Part shown: positions 1-12,180 of the stretch, piece by piece | How positions within the stretch are numbered: the stretch's first letter is position 1 | Layout of the letters: every line of letters begins with the position of its first letter | From: Dicyema japonicum | Lineage: Eukaryota > Animalia > Dicyemida | DNA: 64,000 nucleotides | Direction of reading: 5' to 3' | Assembly: GCA_011109175.1 (NCBI GenBank) | Contig: RDEW01000049.1 | Location: 245,377-309,376 of the forward strand | The notes under the pieces: model-generated | The model's database searches: none | Told to the model about the DNA's origin: nothing | The model's input: the letters and a program-made list of their open reading frames with translations, nothing else | Position numbers and translations under genes: made by a program

Positions 1-679
1 TCATACAGTACTGACTTTGATGATATACGCGAACTCTAAAGGATAACTTAGCAATCAAACCGATAATAAAAATTCTTTATCCCCCATAGACCTTTCCGCT
101 TCATCCAAATCGCGTTCGAGACTTCATGGGAGTCTGGACTGTCACCAGATGTGTTTTCCGAGAGATCGAAGCACAAGCACATCAAAGCAGCATTTGTTCC
201 GTGAACTTCTCGGGATCGCAATCATTTGCGGAAATGCTCTCCGTCTCTTGACGGCCGGTGTGATTCGTTTTTGGGAATCTCCGTTAAAACCGTCAGTATC
301 TGAGTCCTAAAGCATCCATGAAAAATAGAGTTTATCTTTTCAAAATCAAAGTAACATGAAAAACCATGTGAGACTGGTCCCCGAAGTGTAAATGACATTT
401 TGGGATCACATCGGAGTGGGGGGGCAATTATTGTAAATCTAGTTAGCATAGTGGTTAATTGGGTGGATGGTTGAACTAGGAAAGCCTCTGGTGGACCATA
501 GCATGGCTATAATACGCTTAATGTCTTCATCTTAATGTAACTCCTTCTCATACTCGGGAGACATTAGATGCTTCAAATTCCTGGTTTGAATTCCGCCTGG
601 CTCAAATTTGAGAATCCTGAGTATGTCTGTCTTGGTTAACAGAGGAATTCCCGGGTGTTCTCAATAAATCATAAATTAT

Positions 680-900
680 TTTTATACTTCTACAGAAACA
701 GTCCATCAGGAATCAGCATAAATGGAAAGAAACTTCCATGCTTGCAGTTGTGGAAACCCATTCAGTGTAGTGGACGAGAGCAAATGATCTTTTTTTGCGC
801 CTGCCAAGCACTGAGCACTGCCTAGACGGGTAGATCACATGACGCCACTCCAATAGGAAGAGAAAGAGGAGGAACAAACAAACAGAAAACTTCAAAAATA
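680..900 (-). mobile_element. SINE-like repeat family B, partial copy
   Basis: Reverse complement aligns by eye to the copies at 23015-23335 and 27487-27806 (shared ...ttcctcctc...gtcatgtgatc...gtttccacaactgcaa...). Confidence 0.7.
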
Positions 901-1094
901 TTTCATGTTAAATTTATTATTTTTTGTTAATTTCCATATTATTAATTGTCCTAAAATAATTTCTTAGGTTGGTTATTTTTGAGAATAATTTAAAGCTCAG
1001 ATTAAGTATATTTGATATTTTGTCTACAGTTAAACGCGTGAGAGCTGCTGGTTATTTGAGCGAATCTGGCTCGCTATCCTNAAAAAAAACCATA

Positions 1095-1200
1095 TCGTAT
1101 AAAGTTAGTCCAAGACGTCCATTCCTTGTAGTTGTGGAAACCCCTCCAGTGGAGTGGGGAAGAGCAAAAAATGCTTATTCGTGCCAGCCTGGTAGTGGGT
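1095..1200 (-). mobile_element. SINE-like repeat family B, fragment
   Basis: Reverse complement gctcttccccactccactggaggggtttccacaactacaa matches family B core. Confidence 0.6.
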
Positions 1201-1856
1201 TGAGGATAAACAGTTCCCTTTATTTAATTTATTTAACAGGTGTCATCAAAAAGTTACATGCTATATTATTTAAAATAAATTTAACATGAAAATTATTTTG
1301 AAGGAAATGAATAAAATATGGATGACTAGTAATTGCTGAATAATTTCTTTAAATTAATTTTTTGATTAATTAACTTTTTTGGTTGAAGTAAGACTTCTTC
1401 CTTTGACGTTACATGTCTACGAGATCCGGAGTTTAATCATTCCTACTCCTGCAACTGTTTTCCTTTTGAAGATGTCTTCTCTGTCTCAACCATTTGTCTC
1501 TCAAATAATTTAGTCCATTTCATTGCCTGAGTAAAACACATGCTATTTGAGGAAATGCACCACTGACTCAACAACCTGTAACTACAACTATTCGTATGCT
1601 GGCCCCACGAATCAATCTCCTACTTACAGAAGCTCAATTCGTAGATGTTGGTGACATTGTTGCAATGTTGTGTTATTCTTTAAGTGATGACAGTAAAATT
1701 GTATCATTACTAAATTGCATTGGTATTTGAGGGTGCCGGAAATGGAGGTTTTTATAAAAAATAGAATGAAACCAAATTAACCAAAAGTCATTTACACGCT
1801 TCAAAAATAATTGCTGGAAATTTCAGCTTATAAACGATTTTTGAAATTCTAAGAAA

Positions 1857-2721
1857 ATGAATTTTTTGCTTTACACATTATTTTGTGTTTTCGTCGGTGA
1901 TTTAGTTTTTAACAATTTTAGAAAACAGACACTTAAACAGAAGATTCGATGTCTCCACTGTTCTTGATAGAAGATTTGTTAGTTTTAATATTTTACACAT
2001 AGCAAAAAGAATTTGACCATGATAAACGCCGAATGAGGCAGTACATAAATAAGTTGTTTGAGTTGGCTCAAAAAGTATATATTTAGCATAATTCAGTATT
2101 TTGGGGCACTCAAAATAGAATTAAAACTTGGAAAAATATACTTCACTGACGACATTACACCAAGTGATGCTCCAAATGCTGCTGCATACGCGATTAATAA
2201 ACAATATATATCTGGGGTAGACGCAGTTATGTTCTTCGAGTATTTATTCAGACTTATTCTCAGAGATGCTATCGTCAAAGCATCGGGTGGATATATGGTG
2301 GGAGTCGGATCTTTAGGAACTGTTTGCAGTCCATTCGCAGCTGCAATTATTTTTAGACTATACAGTCAGGAACAGACTGCACAGACTATGACTCATGAAT
2401 TATTCCACGTGCTTGGGTTTAAACATGTCGGAGAGACTGAAAGTAATTGCAATCGGAATTGCATAATGAACCCTCATGACCATAAAAATGAGTATAATTT
2501 TTCTCAATTTCGAGACATGTCTCAAAAAAAACACTTGACACTATGCCGTCATTGGAAAACAGATGGGGGTGCCTTGCTCGGAGTAATGACTTGTTTTAAT
2601 TATAGTCAACGTAAATAATAATGTTGCCGACGATGCTGGGACCAATTATGAGTCGAATGGGGCTAACACTGGATTTACTCCTTTCTTCTTTTTCTGGTAC
2701 AATTTGCTAATTATAATTTAG
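1857..2721 (+). CDS. Minimal M12B (reprolysin/ADAM-like) zinc metalloprotease with signal peptide and probable GPI-anchor signal; 7 exons
   Basis: HELFHVLGFKH zinc motif and CIM Met-turn. Removing six GT-AG introns of 22-25 nt (first 1897-1921) gives a continuous frame MNFLLYTLFCVFVE...RRFDVSTVLDRRF...WGCL...NGANTGFTPFFFFWYNLLIII*. Confidence 0.75.
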
Positions 2722-2904
2722 GCTCTTAATTAAATTACTTATCTAATTTTACTAATCTTTACTAATATTTACTAATAATAATTTCTTCATAATTGTGGAG
2801 TATGCCTCCGTTTGAAGCATTAGTTTTAAAAAAGTGGTTCAAAAACAGCGGGTAAGAATTTTTATAAATTTTTATTAAAATAAGCAAGATATATCAAAAA
2901 TCTT

Positions 2905-3165
2905 AATATAAAATGTCACAGTCCATACATGCGAGATTCATAATTTTCAATAAAAATCACATTTTTGGATTTCTTTGAATTAAATATTCATTAAATATTT
3001 AAAATTTATAAATTTTATACCCTTAGTTGTGATATATAAAATGTCACAGTCCATACATGCGAGATTCATAATTTTCAATAAAAATCACATTTTTGGAATT
3101 ATTTGTATCAAATATTTATTAAATATTTAAAATTTATAAATTTTATACTCTTAGTTGTGATTGTA
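2905..3165. repeat. Tandem duplication of about 130 bp, two diverged copies
   Basis: aaaatgtcacagtccatacatgcgagattcataattttcaat... occurs twice, at about 2909 and 3038. Confidence 0.7.
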
Positions 3166-3344
3166 GGAATTACTAGAAAACCAAAATGACACCAAATTCT
3201 AATCAACTCGTATCGATTTTATATTTTATTATAAAATGACCTAAAAATGGTTAGCCATACTAAATTAGCTTTAAAATTTATTCATTTTTTTAATTTTAAA
3301 AATAAATATTTAAAATTAAAATCTGTCAAGCTAAAATATTTTAA

Positions 3345-3440
3345 ATCAACCCTAACCATGACTCTAACCCTATCTTTAAAACCATACACTAAACCCAAAC
3401 CCTAAAAGCAAACCCTAACTCTAGCCCTATCCCAGGTAAT
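3345..3440 (+). repeat. Degenerate (CCCTAA)n-like tract
   Basis: aaccctaaccatgactctaaccctat...aaaccctaactctagcccta. Confidence 0.55.
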
Positions 3441-3499
3441 GTTAGTAATCATAAAAGTGATCCAATTTAAAAAACAAACATCTTAAAAAAATTCAAAGG

Positions 3500-4420
3500 T
3501 CACAATTTTTTAGCTCTACTAATGTGAACTGTGTTATATTCATTATTTTCTTCGTCTTGGTCAACAACAGTTATCAGTTCTCCTTTCTTGCTGACAAATT
3601 TGTACTTTTTTGTAGAAACTTCGTCATATAATGGGTGGTGCCTATTGCCCTCATTGGCATCCCCATCATGACGTAATAGAATATCGTCTCCTGAATTCAG
3701 TTTATCGTATTTCCATCTTCGGCGTTTTTTCATTTTTTCACCTGACTTTATTAGATTTTCAAGAGCAATTATTCGTTTTTCTTCTTCTAAAATATGCAGA
3801 GATGAAAATTATATTGACTCTTCATCTTCGACGGAAAAATTTAGTAACGATTCTATTTTTTCCTGATCGTATTTTTTCCAGTTTGATCTATTATAATCCC
3901 ATAAAAGGTCTTTTATGAAGTCAATATAACTTCCGAAATTTTCCTTGGATAAACTCGTGAAAGAGACTAATCTTTTAATTTATTGGTTAAATCTATTGAG
4001 ATAAAAAAACAAAAACCGCTCTATTTGTCTTTGAATCTGTAAAGCTCGAGGACGTCCTGTAACATGCGAAATGGCAAATTTATCGCATAACTCTTGCATG
4101 TGCTGATTTTTGAATTCCTTGACATTATCTGTATGCAGGATAATTGGCGNATGTAACTTCCGAAATTTTCCTTGGATAAACTCGTGAAAGAAATTAATCT
4201 TTTAATTTATTGGTTAAATCTATTGAGATAAAAAAAACAAAAACCGCTCTATTTGTCTTTGAATCCATGGAGCTCGTGTACGTTCTGTAACATGCGAAAT
4301 GGCAAATTTATCGCATAACTCTTGCATGTGCTGATTTTTGAATTCCTTGACATTATTTGTGTGCAGGATAATTGGCGGTCCAATATAAAAAAATATTCTT
4401 TAGTATTCTGGATATATCAA
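3500..4420 (-). pseudogene. Decayed retroviral-type (rve) integrase, Ginger/Gypsy-like
   Basis: Minus strand translates PIILHTDNVKEFKNQHMQELCDKFAISHVTGRPRALQIQRQIERF, matching the integrase core LHTDNGxEF...GRP...QGQIERFN; frameshifted; part duplicated across the n at 4150. Confidence 0.75.
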
Positions 4421-4680
4421 TTCCAGATTTGGTGAAGGCACACATCTACGATGCGAAAAGAACTTGACGAGTGACGCCGTCATCAGTGGATACTCACTGC
4501 GGAACTGGATAGTCAAAAAGACATACAGACAATAAAAAAAAGAAAAGACGATCATTCCTTGGTTCTACGATTAATTAAAATTAACTGTTCTTAACTTTAA
4601 TAAAGTGTGTGTCCTGCACGAGCGAAACCTTAGGCATTTTACGTGCTTATGGCAACGCGGTAGTGCTTAATTATTATTAT
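4420..4680 (+). mobile_element. SINE family A copy (5' truncated) ending in an RTE-like tail and (TTA)n
   Basis: Core tgacgagtgacgccgtcatcagtggatactcactgcg shared with 59979-60242; tail 4614-4667 nearly identical to the RTE 3' end at 10655-10707. Confidence 0.75.
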
Positions 4681-4769
4681 TAATTTGTTATAAAAAAGTT
4701 TGGACCCAGGGAACTCACAGCACACAGATATACAACATATCCATAAATAGAAACACAATTTCAACAATA

Positions 4770-5900
4770 TGAAAGTTGGCCCACATCCATCCAGTTCAGA
4801 AACCTGCAAATCCAAAAGAGTCCCCTTTTTATCGACCAATATCCCTATTATGTGCATTGGCAAAATTTTTGAAAAAATGGTTTTGGACCGCATCTTCCCA
4901 TATTCACCTAAAGAATCCTTCCAGCACAGATTTAAGAAAGACCTATTTACACAACGCGCTTGCAAACCATCACTAACTTTATTATGGAGGGAATTGGGTC
5001 AAAGCCCAGACTCCTCAAAACTTTATTGTGCTCGGTTGACATCCGTAGGACTTTTGACTCGGTTCCCAGAAAACTCTTAACGATGAAGATCTATTGCTCA
5101 GAAATCCCCAGCATTTTCAAAAGATGGCTCTGGAACTTTCTCACTGGTAGAAGAGAAAAAGTTGTAACAAAATCCTGCCAATAGATTTCAAAATTTTTTC
5201 CAAACGGCGTGATACAGGGTTCCTCTTGTGACCGTCGTTTTTTAACTTATTCTTGCATGACATTCCAATTGACTCTGACAAAAATTCTATAACCCTTGCG
5301 TATGCCAATGACATAATATATGCTTACAAGGATTTATGTGTTACGACAGTTACAAACAAATTGCAAACTACTCTGGAAAGACTCGATAAATGGTTGAGGG
5401 TTCTTAAGGACATCAAAGTGACTTTCAATGTCAACGTCCACGGAAAAGTCCTTTACCTCTTATTTTTTCGTCGAATAGAAGGCTATCAAGCTATTCGGCT
5501 GAACTATTATTGAATAGTGAACTAATCCCAAATAAGAAACAAGCCAAGATTCTGGGAGTAACATTTAGCACTCTCATAGCCTTCAGCACACATGTAACAA
5601 ACGTAATCAGTGTTTCGGCACGAACGCTTGGCTTGGTGAAGGTGCTCGTCTCATAATTTAAAGTATCCTCAAAGCGGTCATTATCAACGTTATACACTCA
5701 ATTTATCGAGCCAACAACAAGTCATGGATGTGCAGTTTGGGGAACAAACTTGCCAAAACAAACATGGATAAGATCAACTCCGTCCACAGGACTATCAATA
5801 AGGGCAACCCCATTTGAGGTCCTTGTGAGGAATTTCAGCGGCATATTCACCCAAAATAGAAAACCTCCAGAAGAACTGTGTCATCAAAAATGTGTCGGTT
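4770..5900 (+). pseudogene. Decayed non-LTR retrotransposon reverse transcriptase (Jockey/I/L2-like)
   Basis: Frameshifted motifs YRPISLLCALAK, DIRRTFDSVP, GVIQGS, LAYAND (YADD) and LGVTF...HV. Confidence 0.85.
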
Positions 5901-5999
5901 CCTGAGAGCGACACAAGGAAAAGATAAGAATATTGCTCAGAGAAGCCAGGATCACCTGATGGCGTTTTCCTTTTAATTAGTTTACCTGGTGATTTTTGG

Positions 6000-6418
6000 C
6001 TTATTAATAATACAGGTCTTCTTCCACATACAGTAGGTTGGCGCGTTTTTTATGTTTTATAATTGTTAGTGCAGAAAATCCACTTTCATAGAGATAAGTC
6101 TTTGAAAACTGAACCAAAATTCTTAAAGCTTTGATTGACAGATAAAGTACATCTAAGTGTTGTTGTAGCCATAGCACTATTCGCAAGTTTTTCACCGCAA
6201 ACAACACAAAGTGGTAGAGTACAATCAATGTCCCCAGTCCATGTGAAACCAAAGGCAACATAACTTTCTCGATGCAATCTAACTTTAATATTTGCACTGT
6301 CACAAGACTCGATTAGACACGCGCAAATTGATTTAATTTGTTTTGAAAAATTATTCTTTTGAAAAAAGTATTAAAAAAATTATTTGATCTTCGCGGAACC
6401 CAGGTAGGGAAACACTGT
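6000..6418 (-). mobile_element. hAT (Charlie/Buster-type) transposon 5' remnant with terminal inverted repeat
   Basis: ESYVAFGFTWTGD...PLCVVCGEKLANSAM zinc-finger N-terminus typical of ZBED5/SCAND3-type transposases; end reads CAGTGTTTCCCTACCTGGGTTCCGCG on the minus strand. Confidence 0.8.
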
Positions 6419-8933
6419 AGTAAGTGATTGAGTCTGTGGATGGCTTTTGATTTCCGGTACTTGTAGCAATTTTTTAGCGAATTAATAAAAATTTCTGAGT
6501 AAGATGTGTCAAATTAATCCAGGGTGATTGAATGGACAGGGTTTTTCATGTGCCAATAGCCATCGAGATACGCTCTGAAGCTATTCAGTCTCACATAGAT
6601 CATTGGTGATCCTTTTGACCATTGAGCCGATTTGTTTGTGGTCTAAAAATTCCTTTTTAAATATTTATTTTTTATTTTATTTATTAACCCTAGGCTTACA
6701 ATCTTTAGTAAGTCAATCACAAACTGTCATAACTAGGGAAATTTTTTGCCATAAAATGCCACTTTTTTTCAGGGGAAAGTCATTTTTATTAATGAGTAAA
6801 TGCATAACAATCTTTCATAAAATTTAGAGTTGGGAGCTTGAAGAGATGACATTTGCTTGTCGTGAAGACGTTTTACTGATTGCTAACAAAGATGTAATGA
6901 CTGACACTGATTTGGAGATGAGGAATAAGAATGAGTTGGCTACAGACTTTGTTTCTAAGAAATGGAGTGTGATTAGTATCACTCCATCCAGTTAAGAATT
7001 TTTTGTCGATGAGTTCTGGAATAAAAATCAGCTTTCTGTACAATATCATTTTAATCACTGTTATTGAATAAGGGTTCATGATCAAGGAATTACTTAGTTT
7101 GGTCTATGAAATAATTTAATTAATTAAAAATAAAATAATAAACACGTGTAAGATTAGTTTTCCTTTTATTTACAGTTCGAATCAATCACAATTTACATTG
7201 AGAACTAACAGTCCTGATCTCTCTCTAGAAGCATTACGTCCAACCATGAATCACATATTTACCGGGCCCGTTTATCTCTTGGAATTCTATCAAGATCGAC
7301 GCTACCAAAGAAAGGGCTTCAATAGTTAATGAGCGATGGACTAATGGACAAGTCTTCTCTCCAAGACCTTTGGATTTCCTAATCCGTATGATCCGAGGTG
7401 AGGGCCCGTGCAACTAAAAGCAATCGTATTAATGATCTACTCAGTCGGATCGGCTCAATGATCCAATGCGTCACCAAGGAGGATTCACTTAAGACTTGAT
7501 GGCTTCGAAAGCGTATCTCAACAGATACCGTCAGAGCAAAATAGAATGAACATTCCATCCTAACTTTCATCTAAAATTAAAAAAATTAATTTTTAATTGC
7601 TGATGTTGAATCTGATTCTATTAAATTATCGGAGCCACGTTGAATAAAAATTTGCAATGCCTTAAATTAATTAGCATGACTGTTCTTAAATAAAGTGAGT
7701 TCTGCCTATGCTGAGGTTTAGAAATGGAATCATTTTGCATTTGTACTGTAGTTCACATTGGAGGCTGAAATGCTGACTTGATCGACATAATGAGACCAAA
7801 TTCAAACTTGATAGGAAATATATTTTAATATCTTATTGATAGATCTACTATGAAGGGAAGACGTGGTTTTCAAAACCTCATTATTAACCTGACCCAGATG
7901 CCACGATCATTGAGTCATTCATGTATCATGGTGAGAGGTCTTTACATAAAACTTGTTTTGATTAGATCGAACCCCAACTCTATATTGGTCGGAGTTTCAA
8001 ACTTGTTTCCTCACCTGTTCTGATACATGTGGACAACCCAACCCTTATGCGGGATATCGGGAGTGACTACATACACCAAATGATAAACCTGAAGATAGAT
8101 ATTGAGAAGAGTCGATGCTTCTCGTTCCCCAGATGTCACTAACAATACTGAGGGTTAGATTCCCCACAGGTAGACGGTTTAATCTTCCATCGTTCTAATA
8201 GAGTTCCGTCGGTAATCTACCTGTCTCAGGCGAGGATGTGGTAAAAAACATTATTGGTTCTCCTCCAATATCTTCCACTATATGGAGGGGGTTCGCACAG
8301 CTGCACTTTTTTTCTCTGGTCGTGTAATATTGGGAGGTCTCCCTACTTCTGTGATCGTGTGTNGCTTCTCGTTCCCCAGATGTCACTAACAATACTGAGG
8401 GTTAGATTCCCCACAGGTAGACGGTTTAATCTTCCATCGTTCTAATAGAGTTCCGTCGGTAATCTACCTGTCTCAGGCGAGGATGTGGTAAAAAACATTA
8501 TTGGTTCTCCTCCGATATCTTCCACTATATGGAGAGGGTTCGCACAGCTGCACTTTTTTTCTCTGGTTAACTCGTGTAATATTGGGAGGTCTCCCTACTT
8601 CTGTGATCGTGTGTAGATTTAACTACGTGTTAACTACAAACTTTTTGAAACTAGCAAAAAGGGAATATGTAGGAATTAAACCAGTAGAATGAATAATAGT
8701 GAATACGGAACAAGCGAACTCATAAATATTAAGATTGTCATGGGAAGTGATAAATTCCATAATCTGCCGTACCAATAACTAGGCGTCTGTGGCTAATAAA
8801 TTAAAAGTATTCGAAAAGTAGACCCCCGTTGAATTTGAAAAAATGCCGTCTAAAATTCGACGAAATTTAAACAGAACATTTTTAAGCCAAATTCGTCATA
8901 AGGAAACCTAATTTCGACTGGACTGTTTATACA

Positions 8934-10141
8934 ATGAATTTGATATTAGTGCTAGAACTATTGAGTCTTATACACAAAGGTAGTGTAAATAAACCATAAC
9001 ATAGTCACGTGTATTTCCTATTTTTTTAAAGGACACGAGTACATTTATGAGGAAAATCACAGCGACGGAAGCTATCTTGCTGAAATATGTCATGAAGAAA
9101 ACGCTTACCCTTTGATAATCAACAGTTTGGAAGAGAACTACTTTATTGGAAGTCCCGCATGTTCTAACCAAAGATATCACAAATGAAAACGTCTATTTGG
9201 GAATAAAGCGCGACGGCGACCATTACGTCTCATTGGTGACTGACGAGATAGCAGTCTACCAGTTATTTAAATTAGACTTACTTCAACTGGAAGGACGACA
9301 CAATGTTGCACCACGTTCGTCAATACGTAGAATACGAACACTGCACTCAAAAATGGATCCCCGTCGACGGCAATTCAATCAAAAAAGTAATCTGCGAAAA
9401 AAGTTAAAAATCCAAATATCTAGATTCTAACTCTCATGAAGAAGCTCCATATAGAATACTAACAAAAAATAGATTTAGAGAAAAAACTCAGGTCAATTAT
9501 ACCTATTCTAGCGGAAAGAGCGTGCATAACTACCTATATGGGGGACACGAGTACTTGTTGGTTGAGGAGTACTCTCATGGTTTCAATGTTATTCAAAATT
9601 GCAAAAAACTGAATGCTTATCCAGCAGAAATTCTATCAGAGGCAGAAAATGACTTCCTTTTTAGTATGGTTTGTCTAATTTCGAGGTATGATTCGTAATG
9701 ACGTCATAATTGGTATCGAGACATGTTTACCAGTTGGACGCTGCTTCAAATGGATGACTTCTAATAAAAAACTTGTAGTCTTTCACTTCAATTTATAGGA
9801 CTATGATAATTTTAAAGAGAATTTCAAGCCCTACATGTATTTTGAAAATAATTTTGTTGGGGTTTCAACCTGCAATGGGGAATGGTTCGAGGTCAATAGT
9901 AAGGACAGTTTGTTTTACGTCTGTGAGAGAGGTTTGGTTTCTTTTTCAATCAGATCACCCTGCTGAAAAACCTGAGACCACAGTTGGGTTCCCTTTGAAT
10001 CATAATGCTGGAGCAACTGAACTCGCTAAGAAGCGAGTAATAATAGTGATGATATTTCTCTTCATTTTCATCGGAATAATGGCTGGGACCTCCTTTGTCA
10101 TAAACAAAATCTCCCAAAAACAACTGAGATTGGAAGTATAA
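8934..10141 (+). CDS. Type I membrane protein with signal peptide, two tandem C-type lectin-like domains and a C-terminal TM helix; 8 exons
   Basis: Seven GT-AG introns of 21-25 nt (8980-9004, 9152-9173, 9254-9275, 9403-9423 and three more) join MNLILVLELLSLIHKVTC-ISYFFKGHEY..ICHEENAYPLIINSLEENYFI..VYLGI..YFNW..KW..VICEK and a second domain GGHEY..NCKKLNAYPAEILSEAENDFL..VIIGI..FKW..GEW..YVCER, then VIIVMIFLFIFIGIMAGTSFVI. Confidence 0.8.
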
Positions 10142-10509
10142 CCTAATTATTAACTTATCTAGTATGACCCACTTCTTCCTCTTTCCAATTTATTGTTATG
10201 TATCCTATAAGTACTCCATTCGTATCTTAATGTTGGGGTTAAACTACAAGATTAACTTATCTCCACACCCCTCCATCGATGTCCTCATACCATCATGTGG
10301 ATGTTAACGCTTCGTGGAATGTAAGTCCTCGAGAATGGTGTGAATCTAGGCAGAAAGCTGGAACATTCATTCTCCTAGTGTCTTAGTGTGGTCTGACACA
10401 CATACTTCATGTTTCAAAAATTGAGGTCAATTCAGGAAAATTTAAGTCTGTGCTCCATCTGTTTCATCTTATTTGGATATTTAATTCTAAGTTATGCTAA
10501 AATCGACCA

Positions 10510-10715
10510 AGATGTACGCTTCCCCTCTGCCTGAATAACCATTACGCACGATTTGGCGGTCAACTCAAAACTGAAGACGATCTTGAGGATATTTGTAAAC
10601 GCGTGAGGAACAGAGCTAGATGGAGATGGCTGACTGGGAAAATAGTTGAGTGTACTGCACGAGCAAACCCTAGGCATTTTACGTGCTTATGGCAACGCGG
10701 GAGTGCTATTAACTA
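10510..10715 (+). mobile_element. 3' end of an RTE-clade LINE
   Basis: Translates QLKTEDDLEDICKRVRNRARWRWLT, similar to the RTE C-termini at 46560-46830 and 58905-59400; ends in a tail shared with SINE family A. Confidence 0.65.
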
Positions 10716-11189
10716 ACTTATGCTAAAACGTCACAGGGTGTATAATTGGGCATATGGAGCTCATTAAAAAAAGTTGGAGATAGAAGAGTCTAGATTTATG
10801 TACAGGAAAAAAAGTGTCGACTTAGGGGGACAGCTACACATACAGAAAAAGAGCAATCATTTTGAATTCAATCGTTGACTCTTCTACCATCGATTTTAAT
10901 GCGGGTGGTACAAAATAGTGTGCACATTGCCACTTGGTGCAGTATGTGGAGGTATGTGACCGTGAGATGGCTATTTTTCATATAATTGAAAAGAGCGATC
11001 AACATAAGACTGAGTTGTGGCATTGATTGGATCCACAGTGATCCCACGCTGACAGGTGCCATCCTCAAGCTTGGGAACTGGAAAACCCCGGGAGTTGATA
11101 ATTTCTTTACTAAAAATGTCATGCCTTCATAAAGCTTTTAGTAATATTCTGGGGGATTAAGTCTCTAATCCATATATTATTACCCAATA

Positions 11190-12180
11190 ACTATACACTG
11201 GGATTACGTGGCTGATTCCTAAATTAGGAATAGTGGATTAACCCCCAATGAGATAGGCCGATTACATGCATGCCAACACTAGAGCCCAAAAATGTGAAAA
11301 AGTCCATTCACTCGGTGATCCCAATACCTAAAAGAGTGCATGGCAAAGCTTTAATGGATGTCTGTTTTATAAGCTTTGTAAATAGTGTTAGGGATAAGTG
11401 GAGAATCTGGTTACACTCTAATAAAAAACCTTTGGGAGACTCAAACCCGAGAGGAGTATTTTGCAGGGAATAGTATGTCTCCGTTACTCTTTGATCTGCG
11501 TCTCAAACAGTTAAGTAGATTGCTTGACCGGAACTTGATTTTGAAGCAGCAACATCTGAAGATGGAAATCTTGGCTTTTGAGGAGTCAGACAAGTTCACT
11601 TGGTGGAATTGTCACATATTTCCCCCCTATGACCTTAGCCAAAGAGAGAGTTTTAATGTGAATAAATGGTCCTTTAATACACAAAGTGATACTTTAATTT
11701 AAAACGACATGAAAGACATTAACAGTCGTCACTTTGATATCCTTAAGAACCCTCATGTGAATGCGTCCTCAGTATGGGTCCACCGTGGAAACATAAGCCC
11801 TTGGTGGAGGATCTTATGACTTCCCTACAGGACAGAAAATTTTTCTGAGGACATACAGAGCAGTGTCCGCAAAGTTAACAAAAGATAAAACTGTGATAAG
11901 TTATCGGGGGACATAAAGTGGACTCACCAATAACGTTTGCGAACAGAGGAGGTGGAGAAGAAGCGGAAATTTTCACAATCAAATTGAGTCCATGTTATTC
12001 CTTGTGATGACATGGGATCGTATCGTGACTAAATTCCACAGGGAGTACTCGAGACAGTTGGTAGTGGATAAAAATATCCAAGCATATATACAAGCTACTG
12101 TACTCAAGAGAACCCTTGATCACAAGTGGGTTGATTCTCTTCACTTTTTAAGTCTAATTCTGTCACGTGTGATGTAACAT
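11190..12180 (+). pseudogene. Decayed RLE-type non-LTR retrotransposon (R4/Dong/NeSL-like)
   Basis: Frameshifted motifs TGITWLIPK..RPITCMPTL, RGVF/GNSMSPLLF and VMTWDRIVTKFH..IQAYIQATVLKRT. Confidence 0.75.

Noticed and set aside
1-450. Possible minus-strand gene running off the left edge (25-nt GT-AG segment near 35-60)
   Set aside because: No consistent start or exon chain could be built and no homology was recognised; cannot be supported from this window.
3926-4378. Direct duplication around the single n at 4150 (same pattern at 8363, 18582, 18886, 21110, 21830, 31155, 45116 and 47675)
   Set aside because: Near-identical 70-250 bp copies abutting a single n are typical of scaffolding overlapping or allelic contig ends; not treated as biology.
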